From positions 32,001-96,000 of the forward strand of contig CAZWEM010000010.1 of NCBI GenBank assembly GCA_964632315.1: DNA of 64,000 nt. The letters run 5' to 3'. The notes below the pieces were generated by a model, which saw only the letters and a program-made list of their open reading frames with translations, was not told the origin of the DNA and made no database searches. Shown here piece by piece: positions 1-9,854 of the stretch (position 1 is the first letter of the stretch; each line of letters starts with the position of its first letter). This DNA comes from an uncultured archaeon (GTDB lineage: Archaea; Asgardarchaeota; Lokiarchaeia; Sigyniarchaeales; SOKP01). The translations under genes were made by a program, and so were the position numbers.

Positions 1-2
1 TT

Positions 3-857
3 AGTTTATTGAATGGAGAAATTTATCCAACTATTTGGAGTCCTGCCAGTTCTATTTGGTTACCATTCTTGAATACCAAATGGAATGAGCTTCATCCCGG
101 TGAATCAATCGTAAATATTAATGAATCTGTCAGAATAATATACTCTCCAATTGTTATAGCCACATGGGAATCTTTCAATAAATCTCACCCTATTAAAGGT
201 CTTGCAGATATAAGGAGTTTAAATTTAGATCCTAGTGTAAATATAAAAATGGCTCACACTGATCCTAGATTATCTAATTCGGGTTTTATGAGCGTAATTA
301 TGGCTTTAGGAGTCGCTTCCGGAACTGCTCCGGAAAATTTAACAATGAATGATCTCTTGGACAAAAGTAATCAAGCTTGGTTAAGAGAATTCGAGTCTTC
401 AGCGATCATGTATGGCAAATCTACGGGATTTTTAGCAAGTTATATGAGCACGCAAGGTCCTTCTGAATTGAATGTTGTTTTTTTATATGAAAATTTGATT
501 AGGGACATATCAAGCAAAGCTGAAGCTGGAAAAATAATAGCAATTTATCCCGAGGGGGGAACCCTATATAGTGATCACCCGTTCTGCATTTTAAACGCAG
601 ATTGGATATCACCAGAACAAAGAATGGTCGCAGAAGCATTCTTAGATTTTCTTAATGAAACCTCAACTGTTGTTTCTGCAACAGAATACGGATTTAGACC
701 TATTAACCCATCTATACCACTTGATCCTAAGGTTTTTAATTACAAGATAAACGGAATTGCCTACAACCTCACTGTCCCAGAATTAAAAGCTCCCAAAGAT
801 GGAAATGCTTTGTTGAATATACCAGATTTATGGTTATTGTGTAAAGCTACAGCATAA
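3..857 (+). CDS. ABC transporter extracellular solute-binding protein (5'-truncated by window edge)
   Basis: Frame open to window start. SBP-like motifs (PTIWSPAS, TDPRLSNSG, YPEGGTLYSDHP, YGFRP). Directly upstream of permease and ATPases. Confidence 0.75.
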   Translation, partial: SLLNGEIYPTIWSPASSIWLPFLNTKWNELHPGESIVNINESVRIIYSPIVIATWESFNKSHPIKGLADIRSLNLDPSVNIKMAHTDPRLSNSGFMSVIMALGVASGTAPENLTMNDLLDKSNQAWLREFESSAIMYGKSTGFLASYMSTQGPSELNVVFLYENLIRDISSKAEAGKIIAIYPEGGTLYSDHPFCILNADWISPEQRMVAEAFLDFLNETSTVVSATEYGFRPINPSIPLDPKVFNYKINGIAYNLTVPELKAPKDGNALLNIPDLWLLCKATA

Positions 858-878
858 ATTTGAAAGTAGGATGAAATA

Positions 879-2531
879 ATGAAAGAAGAATACGAATTAG
901 AAAGTAAAAATGAGCCAAATTTGCCACTGACGTTGAAAGTAGATCGTTTCTTCTCAAAACCTATTTATAGAAAAGCTCTTGATACAATTACAATATTATT
1001 TTTTGTTTTAGTTATAATCGGGCCAATAATTAACATCTTCTCAACAATTTTTCTCAATATACCTTCAATTTATCATGATGTTTTTAACGATGAATTAATT
1101 GGAAACTTAAAATGGTTGAACATTATAAATTCATTAGGAATCTCCTTTTCAATAGCAGCTATCGCAGTCGGGATTGATATTTTAATAGCCTTTCCAATGG
1201 CAATTATCTTAACTCGATATAACTTTCGGGGGAAAAAATTCTTAGACGCATTAGTTGATTTACCAATGGCCGTACCGACTAGTGCATTAGGTTTCTCAGT
1301 TTTACTATTTTGGAATCTGTTTGGAATTAATCCGGGAATGGAATTGATTATACTTGGTCATATAGTTTTTACTTTTCCATATATAGTAAGAAATTTAAAA
1401 ATAGTATTAGAGAAAGCTGATGTGTTATATGAAGACGCAGCAAGAACACTTGGGGCATCTGGGATTACTGTTTTTAGAACAATAACTCTTCCATTAATGA
1501 AAGAGGGATTAATCGCAGGTTCTATTTTGGCTTTTACAAGGAGTCTGGGTGAAACGGGTGCAACCCTCATATTATCTGGATTAGTTGAAACTGCTCCCAT
1601 ATTAATCGTGGGATTTCGGAGACAATTACAATTACCAAGTGCTTCATTACTTGCGGGGATCTTAATTTCAATATCATTATGCCTTTTATTTTCTATTAAA
1701 TTTTTATCTCGTCGAGGAAGCTTTTCAATAAGTAAAATCTACCCTAAATTCGAGCGCCTATTAAGCCGTAAAACTCTAAGGCATATAAGAGATTTATTAA
1801 TCATTATAGTACTGCTGTTTATAATATTAATACCTTCATTTTACATTATAACTCAAATTGCTAGAGGAAATTTAATAAGCGAATTATTCTTAGCCAAAGA
1901 TTACAAATGGGTTTATTTATACACGAGTTTTATGAGTTCTATCCAAATTGGCTCATTAGCAGTGCTTATAAATTTAGTCTTCGGTATTCCTTTTGCATTT
2001 ATTATCACGAAAAGAAAGTGGGGCAAATTTATTACATTTCTAGACACAATACTCGATATCCCAATTGCAATCCCATCAGCGGCATTAGGTTTTGCTATTT
2101 TCTTATTTTGGGGACCCGCTGGAATTGGATTATTCCAACCTGGATTTTTTATGATTTTGTTCGTTCATATTACCTTTACTTTCCCCTATATGGTTCGACC
2201 AATAATTGGAGTATTAGAAAGTTCTGATAAAGGAGTTGAAGAAGCCGCAAGAACTTTAGGAGCCTCAAATTTGACTGTATTTCGAAAAATCACTTTTCCA
2301 AGTATAAAACAAGGTATTATAGCAGGTGGTATAATGGTGTTTACTCGATCCCTAGGAGAAACAGGAGCAACGATAGTAGTTATGGGAAACATAAGGACTA
2401 TTCCTGTTTTAATTGTAGATTGGGTTGAAGCAAACTATCTAGCAAGTGCAATTTTTGCTAGCACAATAATCATTATTTTTAGTGCCGCCCTTATTTTTGC
2501 TCTTAGGACTGTTTCAAAGAGGAGGGTGTGA
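879..2531 (+). CDS. ABC importer permease with two fused BPD_transp_1 domains (CysT/W, ModB, FbpB-like)
   Basis: Two EAA loops (YEDAARTLGAS, VEEAARTLGAS), repeated FTRSLGETGAT, many TM helices. Confidence 0.92.
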   Translation: MKEEYELESKNEPNLPLTLKVDRFFSKPIYRKALDTITILFFVLVIIGPIINIFSTIFLNIPSIYHDVFNDELIGNLKWLNIINSLGISFSIAAIAVGIDILIAFPMAIILTRYNFRGKKFLDALVDLPMAVPTSALGFSVLLFWNLFGINPGMELIILGHIVFTFPYIVRNLKIVLEKADVLYEDAARTLGASGITVFRTITLPLMKEGLIAGSILAFTRSLGETGATLILSGLVETAPILIVGFRRQLQLPSASLLAGILISISLCLLFSIKFLSRRGSFSISKIYPKFERLLSRKTLRHIRDLLIIIVLLFIILIPSFYIITQIARGNLISELFLAKDYKWVYLYTSFMSSIQIGSLAVLINLVFGIPFAFIITKRKWGKFITFLDTILDIPIAIPSAALGFAIFLFWGPAGIGLFQPGFFMILFVHITFTFPYMVRPIIGVLESSDKGVEEAARTLGASNLTVFRKITFPSIKQGIIAGGIMVFTRSLGETGATIVVMGNIRTIPVLIVDWVEANYLASAIFASTIIIIFSAALIFALRTVSKRRV

Positions 2532-2534
2532 AAG

Positions 2535-3677
2535 TTGCCTAATATAGAATTGAGGAATGTTACGAAAACCTTTGATGAGGGAAAAGTTTTAGCTGTAGAT
2601 GATATCTCGTTACAAATTTCAGATGGCGATTATGTGTTTTTATTAGGACCAAGCGGTTGTGGTAAAACAACAACATTACGTATTATTGCGGGTTTAGAAG
2701 AACCTACTAAAGGGGAAGTTTTAATTGACGGAAAAAATGTCAAGGGAATTCCCCCTGAAGATCGAGATATGGGTTTTATTTTCCAAAATTTTGAAATTTT
2801 TCAGAACATGACTGTATGGGAGAATGTAACCTTTGGATTAGAAATGCGAGGTTTTGAAGAGTCATATATAATAAAGAAAGCAGAAGAAGCATTATCTATT
2901 GTTGATTTATTAAAATATTCTGAGGAGTTTCCTTCAATCTTTGGAAATCCCGGTTTACAAAAGTTAGGGATAGCCAGAGCTATTGCAACAGGAGCAAAAA
3001 TATTAATAATGGATGAACCCTTGGGCTCCTTAGATCCTAAAGTTTCAAAAGTTTTTCGGCATGAATTAAGGAATTTGATCAAGGATTTGGGATTAACAGC
3101 TATACACGTGACCCATAATCAAGAAGAAGCTCTGGCAATAGCAGACAAAATTATCGTTATGAGAGCTGGAAAAATACTTCAAATGGGATCTCCATATAAT
3201 TTATATGAAAAGCCAGAAAGCATTTTTACTGCAAATTTTCTAGGTGAGACTAACTTTCTACAAGGATTTATTTTAAAACTTTTAGAAGATAATAAGATGG
3301 TTGTTTGGATAAGATTAGGGGGCCCTAAAATTACTTGTGGAAATAATGATGGTTTTAACCTAGATGATAATGTAATTATTGCATTCAGGTATGAGGATGT
3401 TTATTTATTTCCTCGTAATTATCCCTTTGAAAAAAGTCAATACGATTGGAAAGATATGGAGTTTTTTGAAGCTAAGCTTGAATCTTCCCGATTTATAGGA
3501 GCTACTAAGAGGTTTTATCTCAAATTAGATAGTGGTGATAGTTTTGTCTCGATAAAGCCAGGATATTATGAAGAAAATTATTCAGTTGGAGAATATTTAA
3601 AAATTGCGATTCACAGGAAGGATATTCATATTTTTAACGCCCCTGATGATCTTGAAAAAGAATTATCTTTAATGTAG
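2535..3677 (+). CDS. ABC importer ATPase (PotA/MalK-like) with degenerate signature motif
   Basis: Walker A GPSGCGKT, Walker B ILIMDEP, H-loop VTHNQ. Signature reads FGNPGLQK instead of LSGGQ. TTG start. Confidence 0.92.
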   Translation: MPNIELRNVTKTFDEGKVLAVDDISLQISDGDYVFLLGPSGCGKTTTLRIIAGLEEPTKGEVLIDGKNVKGIPPEDRDMGFIFQNFEIFQNMTVWENVTFGLEMRGFEESYIIKKAEEALSIVDLLKYSEEFPSIFGNPGLQKLGIARAIATGAKILIMDEPLGSLDPKVSKVFRHELRNLIKDLGLTAIHVTHNQEEALAIADKIIVMRAGKILQMGSPYNLYEKPESIFTANFLGETNFLQGFILKLLEDNKMVVWIRLGGPKITCGNNDGFNLDDNVIIAFRYEDVYLFPRNYPFEKSQYDWKDMEFFEAKLESSRFIGATKRFYLKLDSGDSFVSIKPGYYEENYSVGEYLKIAIHRKDIHIFNAPDDLEKELSLM

Positions 3678-3687
3678 TGATGACAAA

Positions 3688-4911
3688 ATGGTAAATATTG
3701 AATTAAAAAATGTCGATAAATCATTCAGGGATTTAAGAGCTTTAGATAAGATAAACCTACGTATTAAGGATAAAGAATATTTTATTATTCTTGGACCCAC
3801 TGGAGCTGGAAAGACTACTTTATTAAAGGTAATAGCGGGATTAGTAAAACAAGATAAAGGAAAAATTTTATTTGATGGTAAAGATGTCAGTGAATTAACA
3901 CCTGCAGAACGTAATTTAGGTTTCATGTTTGAAAATTATGCATTATTTCCACACATGAACATATATGATAATATTGCCTATAGTAGCCGGGTTCATGCAA
4001 GAAATCCAAAACAAACTAAAAAGATCGTGGATCAAGTTTTAATGATGACATTGTTAACAGGAAGAAATGATTCATTACCGGAAGAAATGAGTGGAGGAAT
4101 GAAACAACGAGTGGCACTTTGTCGCGCTTTAATGAATTTAGAACAGTCTAAACTCCTAATTTTAGATGAGCCTTTGAAAGCTTTAGATGCTGGTTTAAGG
4201 ATGAGTTTGAGAAGAGAGTTGTTATTAATGGCAAAATCATCCCAATTACAACTTACTGTTATCCATATTACTAATGAGGAAGAGGAAGCTATGATGCTTG
4301 CAGATCGAATCGCAGTAATGAATGAAGGGAAGATAATTCAGGTTGGGACTCCTTATGAGATTTATTATCAACCTCGAAATCTTTTTGTAGCAAATTTCAT
4401 GAGTGAAATAAATTATTTTGAAGGTAAGTATATTCACGAATCACCTGAGATATGGAACATCCATAAAGAATCTAATAAAGGAGACAAGTTGTTCTCTGAA
4501 ATTCAAGAAAAATCAATTGCTGTTCCAATAGACATCGGGGCAAGTTCAATTTTTGCTGGATATGCCAATAAGAATCTTTTTAAAAAAATTCAACAAAACG
4601 AAGATCTACTTTTAATAGTTAGATCCAATCATATGAAAATTAGATTGGGAAATAGAATTGACCAAAAGAAAAATGCGCTATTTGGTAAGATAATCAGAAG
4701 AAAATTTATGGGCGTTTTCTATCGTTTTGAAGTTTTAGTAAACATAAATGATTCAGATAAGAATATTATCGTAACAATACCTGCGAGCACAGAAATTCAT
4801 AATAAATTTAGAGAGGGTATAAAGGTAACAGTTTATTTTCCAAAAGAATTAGGAATTATTTTTAAACACCCAGGAAAGGAAGTAATAAGAGAAGTTTTAA
4901 AATTAGAATAA
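3688..4911 (+). CDS. ABC importer ATPase (second subunit)
   Basis: Walker A GPTGAGKT, signature MSGGMKQR, Walker B LILDEP. H-loop reads ITNE. Confidence 0.92.
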   Translation: MVNIELKNVDKSFRDLRALDKINLRIKDKEYFIILGPTGAGKTTLLKVIAGLVKQDKGKILFDGKDVSELTPAERNLGFMFENYALFPHMNIYDNIAYSSRVHARNPKQTKKIVDQVLMMTLLTGRNDSLPEEMSGGMKQRVALCRALMNLEQSKLLILDEPLKALDAGLRMSLRRELLLMAKSSQLQLTVIHITNEEEEAMMLADRIAVMNEGKIIQVGTPYEIYYQPRNLFVANFMSEINYFEGKYIHESPEIWNIHKESNKGDKLFSEIQEKSIAVPIDIGASSIFAGYANKNLFKKIQQNEDLLLIVRSNHMKIRLGNRIDQKKNALFGKIIRRKFMGVFYRFEVLVNINDSDKNIIVTIPASTEIHNKFREGIKVTVYFPKELGIIFKHPGKEVIREVLKLE

Positions 4912-4940
4912 AATTTGATATTATTAGGAGGAAAAAAAAT

Positions 4941-5627
4941 ATGAGTTCTCTATTTGAATGGTTTCGATCTCGAAATGAAGAGAGTGTAATAAATAAAACA
5001 TTAATACATATGCAAAAAGTCTTAGAATGCGTAGTGGAGTTTGAAAAAGCATTATCATTTTTAATTGAAGAAAAGAATGTAGATCTAGCATTGAAAGTAT
5101 TTTTCAGAGTAGATGAATTAGAACACCAAGCAGATAGTATTAGAAGGAATATGTTGAATATGTTAACTCAGGTTGAATTAAAACCGAAATTGCACGAAAA
5201 TTTAACACATCTAACCAAGAGAATCGATGATATTGCTAATGCTACAAATGCTGCTGCTCGAATTTTGATCTATATGAATTATTCTGAATTTCAAAAATTA
5301 AACCCTGAAATACACTTAAAAATTTTAGAAATGGCAAGAGTTACCGTCGAGACAGTTAAAAAAACCAATAACTTAGTTAATATGCTGTTAAGTGAAGAAG
5401 AAGCTAAAATTCGCAAAAGTGGAGCAGAAATAAGCGAATTAGAGCATGAATGCGATGAATTGCGTTTTGCTATCAATCGCATGTTAGTAGCAGATGATAA
5501 TCCTATTAAAAATCCATTCACCGCCATCGAAATTCATAGTTGTATATCTGCAATGGAGGCAATTACGGATAATGCTGAAGAGGTGGCGGATTATATTGTT
5601 ATGCTAATATTAGTAAAAAGTATGTAG
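4941..5627 (+). CDS. DUF47/PhoU-like phosphate transport regulator
   Basis: LEHQADSIRR, RIDDIA, LEHECDELR and ITDNAEEVAD repeats typical of DUF47; near pit gene. Confidence 0.88.
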   Translation: MSSLFEWFRSRNEESVINKTLIHMQKVLECVVEFEKALSFLIEEKNVDLALKVFFRVDELEHQADSIRRNMLNMLTQVELKPKLHENLTHLTKRIDDIANATNAAARILIYMNYSEFQKLNPEIHLKILEMARVTVETVKKTNNLVNMLLSEEEAKIRKSGAEISELEHECDELRFAINRMLVADDNPIKNPFTAIEIHSCISAMEAITDNAEEVADYIVMLILVKSM

Positions 5628-5939
5628 GATTTTAATCGTTCTGAAAGAAACAGATCTTAATTATTCCTTTAACTTCTGTATTGATGAAATATTGAATATG
5701 TATATTAAATTGATAGAGAGATTATTTTCAGCAATTAATTGGATTTTTTATGAAAAATTGTTTATCTCTCTTTAACAGCATTTGCTTCAGTTAAAAGCAA
5801 CCATTTAGATTTTATGATTAATCTTCTAGTATATTCTAAGAGCGCATCAAATTCAGTTCTGACATAATATTTAGAGATTAATAAGAATATTAGAAAGAAA
5901 ATAATCTATATATAATCACTAAAAGAAAAATAAAATTAT

Positions 5940-6608
5940 ATGATTGAAAATAAATATGATGAAGATGAGTTAAAAAACAAAAGTATCAATGAATTAACTC
6001 ATCTATTCATGGATATCATTCATGAACAAAATATACTTTTGATAGAGGGTATCGAGTCTCTCGTTAAAAACGATTTTACGAAATTTAAAAACAATTTAGA
6101 ATGTGTGGCTCAAACAACAACTGAAGTTCAAGTCAAGAAGGTATTTGAATCCAAAATCTTCAAAGCAAAATTAATGTTTTCTAAAGCAGATCGATTAAAA
6201 CTTTTCAGTAAAATTAATGATATCAAGAACATAGGTGAGTATTTAACAAATCGAATGCTACTATATCGCGTAATTTTTCCCGATAACGAGTTTAAGTTGC
6301 AACTTTCAAGTATTCTAAAATCATTGAAACTAATTTCAAACGAATTAACTATAGCTGTAAAGTTAATCGGAGATGATTTAGAGAAAGCATATGATATTTG
6401 TGAAGAAATTAAAGAAGAAAGAAGAAAAATGCGAATGGAAGAGTGGGAATTACTAAATCGACTATATAACTATGATATGGATTATATTTCTAGGACTTTC
6501 TTATATCTAAAGAATATGATAGAAGATATTATGATGCTAGCTGATCATATTAAAAATTTTTCTGAATACATCCAATTCCTTTCAGCTAAGTATTTGATTT
6601 TCAAATAA
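5940..6608 (+). CDS. Divergent DUF47/PhoU-like helical protein
   Basis: All-helical, C-terminal LADHIKNFSEYI resembles PhoU/DUF47; immediately upstream of pit. Confidence 0.6.
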   Translation: MIENKYDEDELKNKSINELTHLFMDIIHEQNILLIEGIESLVKNDFTKFKNNLECVAQTTTEVQVKKVFESKIFKAKLMFSKADRLKLFSKINDIKNIGEYLTNRMLLYRVIFPDNEFKLQLSSILKSLKLISNELTIAVKLIGDDLEKAYDICEEIKEERRKMRMEEWELLNRLYNYDMDYISRTFLYLKNMIEDIMMLADHIKNFSEYIQFLSAKYLIFK

Positions 6609-6617
6609 GGGTTTTTT

Positions 6618-7649
6618 ATGGCGTCAGATTTTACTCAATTGATTATTGTTGTATTAATCATTCTCGCAATTGGATTAGCATTTTCGATTGGGGCTAATGA
6701 TGAAACTCTATCTGCATTGGTCGGAACTGGAGCGTTAAAGTTTAAATTAGCTTTATTAATTGGTGGAATTGCTATAGGAAGCGGAATGATCATAACTAGT
6801 GGAGGGTTTGTCGCCAAAACAGTGGGGTCCGATATTTTAGGGAAAGGCTTGACCTACTCTACTTCTATGCTTCTTACTGTGTTAATCAGTAGCATTATTT
6901 GGTTGGTTATAGGAAGTTTTGCTGGAATTCCACTTAGTAGTACTCATTCTTTAGTGGGGAGTGTTGTAGGAGTTGTAATAGTTTATTCAATAACTCAAGA
7001 GGTTGTGAGTCCTGAAAATGCCTTTAATTGGGATAAATTAGGAAGTGTTATTTTAAGCTGGTTTTTTTCTCCTCTTTTTGGATTTGTAATTACCTATCTT
7101 CTTTTTAGGATTTTAGCTAAATTTTATCTCTCACGTTTAAAAGGATTAAATCAAATAGAGAAAGCAGAAAGGTCTTTCAAATGGTTGTTATTAGTTGCTA
7201 TTATTTTTGCTGAGATATGGGTTGGTGCTAATTCAGGTGAAGCTTTAGGTATCCTATATGGACTTTTAGATAATGGATCTTTAGCGGTTCAAGAGTATTT
7301 TTTTTATGCTGTAATTTGTGGTATTTTTGCTTTTTTAGGAATTTATATTGCTGCTCGATTTGTGATACGAAATTTAGCCTCTCAAATGACTGACTCTCGA
7401 CCAAGTGAGGGTCTAATTATTCAAACCAGTTCTGCAATAATTTTGATGATCGCTACCTTATTTGGTTTACCAATATCTCATAGCCACGTAATTGTGTTTT
7501 GTATAATTGGAATGAACATTGCTCAAAAAAAGGAAGTTGAATATAAGTATCTTGGAAAGATGGGTATTTTTTGGATTTTAACATTTCCTATTGCTGCTCT
7601 TCTAGCAGGGATCATTTACTTCAGCTTCAGTACGATAAGTTTTATTTAA
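6618..7649 (+). CDS. pit: PiT family inorganic phosphate transporter
   Basis: GAND signature, PLSSTHSLVGSVVG, second repeat GANS and GLPISHSH; hydrophobic. Confidence 0.92.
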   Translation: MASDFTQLIIVVLIILAIGLAFSIGANDETLSALVGTGALKFKLALLIGGIAIGSGMIITSGGFVAKTVGSDILGKGLTYSTSMLLTVLISSIIWLVIGSFAGIPLSSTHSLVGSVVGVVIVYSITQEVVSPENAFNWDKLGSVILSWFFSPLFGFVITYLLFRILAKFYLSRLKGLNQIEKAERSFKWLLLVAIIFAEIWVGANSGEALGILYGLLDNGSLAVQEYFFYAVICGIFAFLGIYIAARFVIRNLASQMTDSRPSEGLIIQTSSAIILMIATLFGLPISHSHVIVFCIIGMNIAQKKEVEYKYLGKMGIFWILTFPIAALLAGIIYFSFSTISFI

Positions 7650-7715
7650 AAAATCTATTCAAAATATATTTAAAATATTTTAATCTTAAGTATTAATATA
7701 CGGAAGTGGAAAAAA

Positions 7716-8399
7716 ATGGGTTCATTAATAGAATTTTTGAAGAGAGAAACAGCTTTAAATGCATTAGAACGATCCATTAAACATGCGAAGAAAGTCCAAG
7801 AGTGCGTTAGAGAGTTGGAAAAAGGAATAAATGCGTTGTTAAGGGAAAAAAACCCGATAAAAGCCGAAGAATTCTTTATAAAAGTTGATTCATTAGAGGG
7901 TGAAGCAGATAAGTTGAGAAGAGACATTCAAAAAGATATTTCTAGGGGAGAATTAAACCCTAGCATCAGGCAAGATTTATCACATTTAGTAAAGAGAATG
8001 GATGATGTTGCAAATTGTTGTACAGGTGTTGCTCGGCGTATAAATACTGTACCAATTGTATTTTGGGAACAAACAAGTGAAAAAACAATAGATACTGTCC
8101 TTGAAATTATGAAAACTACGGTAGAATGTGCTGATTTTTTGGATAAGATTGTTATCGATCTCTTAGGGGAACGAAAAAACATCAAAGAATATGCAAGACA
8201 GATAAATCAAAATGAACATAAAGTAGATCTGCTAAATATTAAGCTGAGAAAAAGCCTACAAGAGACAGAATATCATGTTAACTTCTTCACAATTTTTACC
8301 ATTGGAAATATTTTTGACATTTTAGAAGCAATCTCAGATTCTATTGAGGTGGTAGCTGATTATATCATGGTTTTATTGACAAGCGCAAATATTCTTTAA
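7716..8399 (+). CDS. DUF47/PhoU-like phosphate transport regulator
   Basis: LEGEADKLRR, RMDDVA, EHKVD, ISDSIEVVAD; downstream of pit. Confidence 0.88.
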   Translation: MGSLIEFLKRETALNALERSIKHAKKVQECVRELEKGINALLREKNPIKAEEFFIKVDSLEGEADKLRRDIQKDISRGELNPSIRQDLSHLVKRMDDVANCCTGVARRINTVPIVFWEQTSEKTIDTVLEIMKTTVECADFLDKIVIDLLGERKNIKEYARQINQNEHKVDLLNIKLRKSLQETEYHVNFFTIFTIGNIFDILEAISDSIEVVADYIMVLLTSANIL

Positions 8400-8493
8400 T
8401 TTCAAGTAATGCTTTTCATATTAATAAAAATAAGAATAATAACTTATCAGTGATTATTTCAATTATAATATAATTTACCTTTTTAAACTTGAA

Positions 8494-9852
8494 ATGGAGC
8501 ATAAATTCGTAAATCCAATTGAAACAAGATATAGGACTGAAATTGCTTCAATTTTTACTGAAGATAAAAAGTTAGAGAATTGGCTAAAGGTTGAAGCAGT
8601 TTTAGCCACAGTTCATGCTCAACTTGGTAATATCCCTAAGGAAGCGGCAGAAGAAATTAAATCAAAAGCTAATTTAAATTATGTCAAGCTCAAAAGAGTA
8701 AAAGAAATAGATCAAGAGATTCATCATGATTTAATGGCAATGGTGAAAGCCTTGAGTGAGAAATGTAAAGGAGATGCTGGTAAATTCGTGCATTTGGGTG
8801 CTACAAGTTATGATATTGAGGATACAGCCATTGCATTACAACTTCGAGAGGCATTATTTCATATAAAGGATTCATTAAATTCCCTATTGAGAGAACTTAT
8901 ACAAATTTTAGAAGATCGAAAGGAACTTGTTTGCATAGGACGAACTCACGGACAACATGCAATTCCTACCACATATGGCATGAGATTTGGTATATGGGCT
9001 TATGAAATAGACAGGCAACTTGACAGGTTAGAAAATGCAATTGAACGAATCTCATATGGAAAAATGTCTGGTGCTGTGGGAACAATGGCGAGTTTCGGAG
9101 AAAAAGGTATCGAGTTACAAACTCTGGTTATGAAAGAACTTGGAATCAATCCAGCATTAATTGCAAATCAAGTGATACAAAGAGACTGCCACGCTGAAGT
9201 AATATTTTTAACATCTTTAATAGGGCAGTCACTTGCAAAAATGGCACGTCAATTTCGCATTCTTCAAAGAAATGAGATAGCTGAAATTTTTGAGCCCTTT
9301 AAAGAATCCCAAGTAGGTAGTTCCACAATGCCTCACAAGAGGAATCCACATAAGTCTGAACGAATATGTAGTTTAGCTAGAGTGTTAAAATCAAATGTAA
9401 TCGTTGCTTTGGATAATGTTATATTAGAGGATGAGAGAGATTTAACAAATTCTGCTAACGAAAGGATTGTATTTGGAGAGAATTTCGTGTTATTAGATTT
9501 TATGCTGCAGCAAATGATCAATATTCTAAGAGGAGCAGTATTCGATGAAAATAAAATTGAAAAAAACCTAAATCTTACGAAAGGGGCTTGTTTATCAGAA
9601 AAAGTAATGATAGAATTGGTAAAACGGGGTATAGGAAGACAAGAAGGTCATGAAATGTTAAGAAAAGCCGCGATTAAATCAAGAACTGGTAATCGATTTA
9701 TTAAGGATATATTATTAGAAAATGATGAAATTAAAGCTAAGTTTTCTAAACAAGAAATTTCTGAACTATTAGATCCCCATAAATATATCGGTCTAGCAAT
9801 TTTACAAGTGGAAATTTTAATAGATTATCTAAAAAAGAAGTATAATCTTTGA
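8494..9852 (+). CDS. purB: Adenylosuccinate lyase
   Basis: HLGATSYD, GRTHGQHA, GSSTMPHKRNP fumarase/aspartase superfamily signature. Confidence 0.97.
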   Translation: MEHKFVNPIETRYRTEIASIFTEDKKLENWLKVEAVLATVHAQLGNIPKEAAEEIKSKANLNYVKLKRVKEIDQEIHHDLMAMVKALSEKCKGDAGKFVHLGATSYDIEDTAIALQLREALFHIKDSLNSLLRELIQILEDRKELVCIGRTHGQHAIPTTYGMRFGIWAYEIDRQLDRLENAIERISYGKMSGAVGTMASFGEKGIELQTLVMKELGINPALIANQVIQRDCHAEVIFLTSLIGQSLAKMARQFRILQRNEIAEIFEPFKESQVGSSTMPHKRNPHKSERICSLARVLKSNVIVALDNVILEDERDLTNSANERIVFGENFVLLDFMLQQMINILRGAVFDENKIEKNLNLTKGACLSEKVMIELVKRGIGRQEGHEMLRKAAIKSRTGNRFIKDILLENDEIKAKFSKQEISELLDPHKYIGLAILQVEILIDYLKKKYNL

Positions 9853-9854
9853 AA

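Noticed and set aside
5628-5939. Small ORF or ncRNA in 312-bp intergenic region
   Set aside because: Only a short start-less minus-strand frame; no convincing structure or motif.
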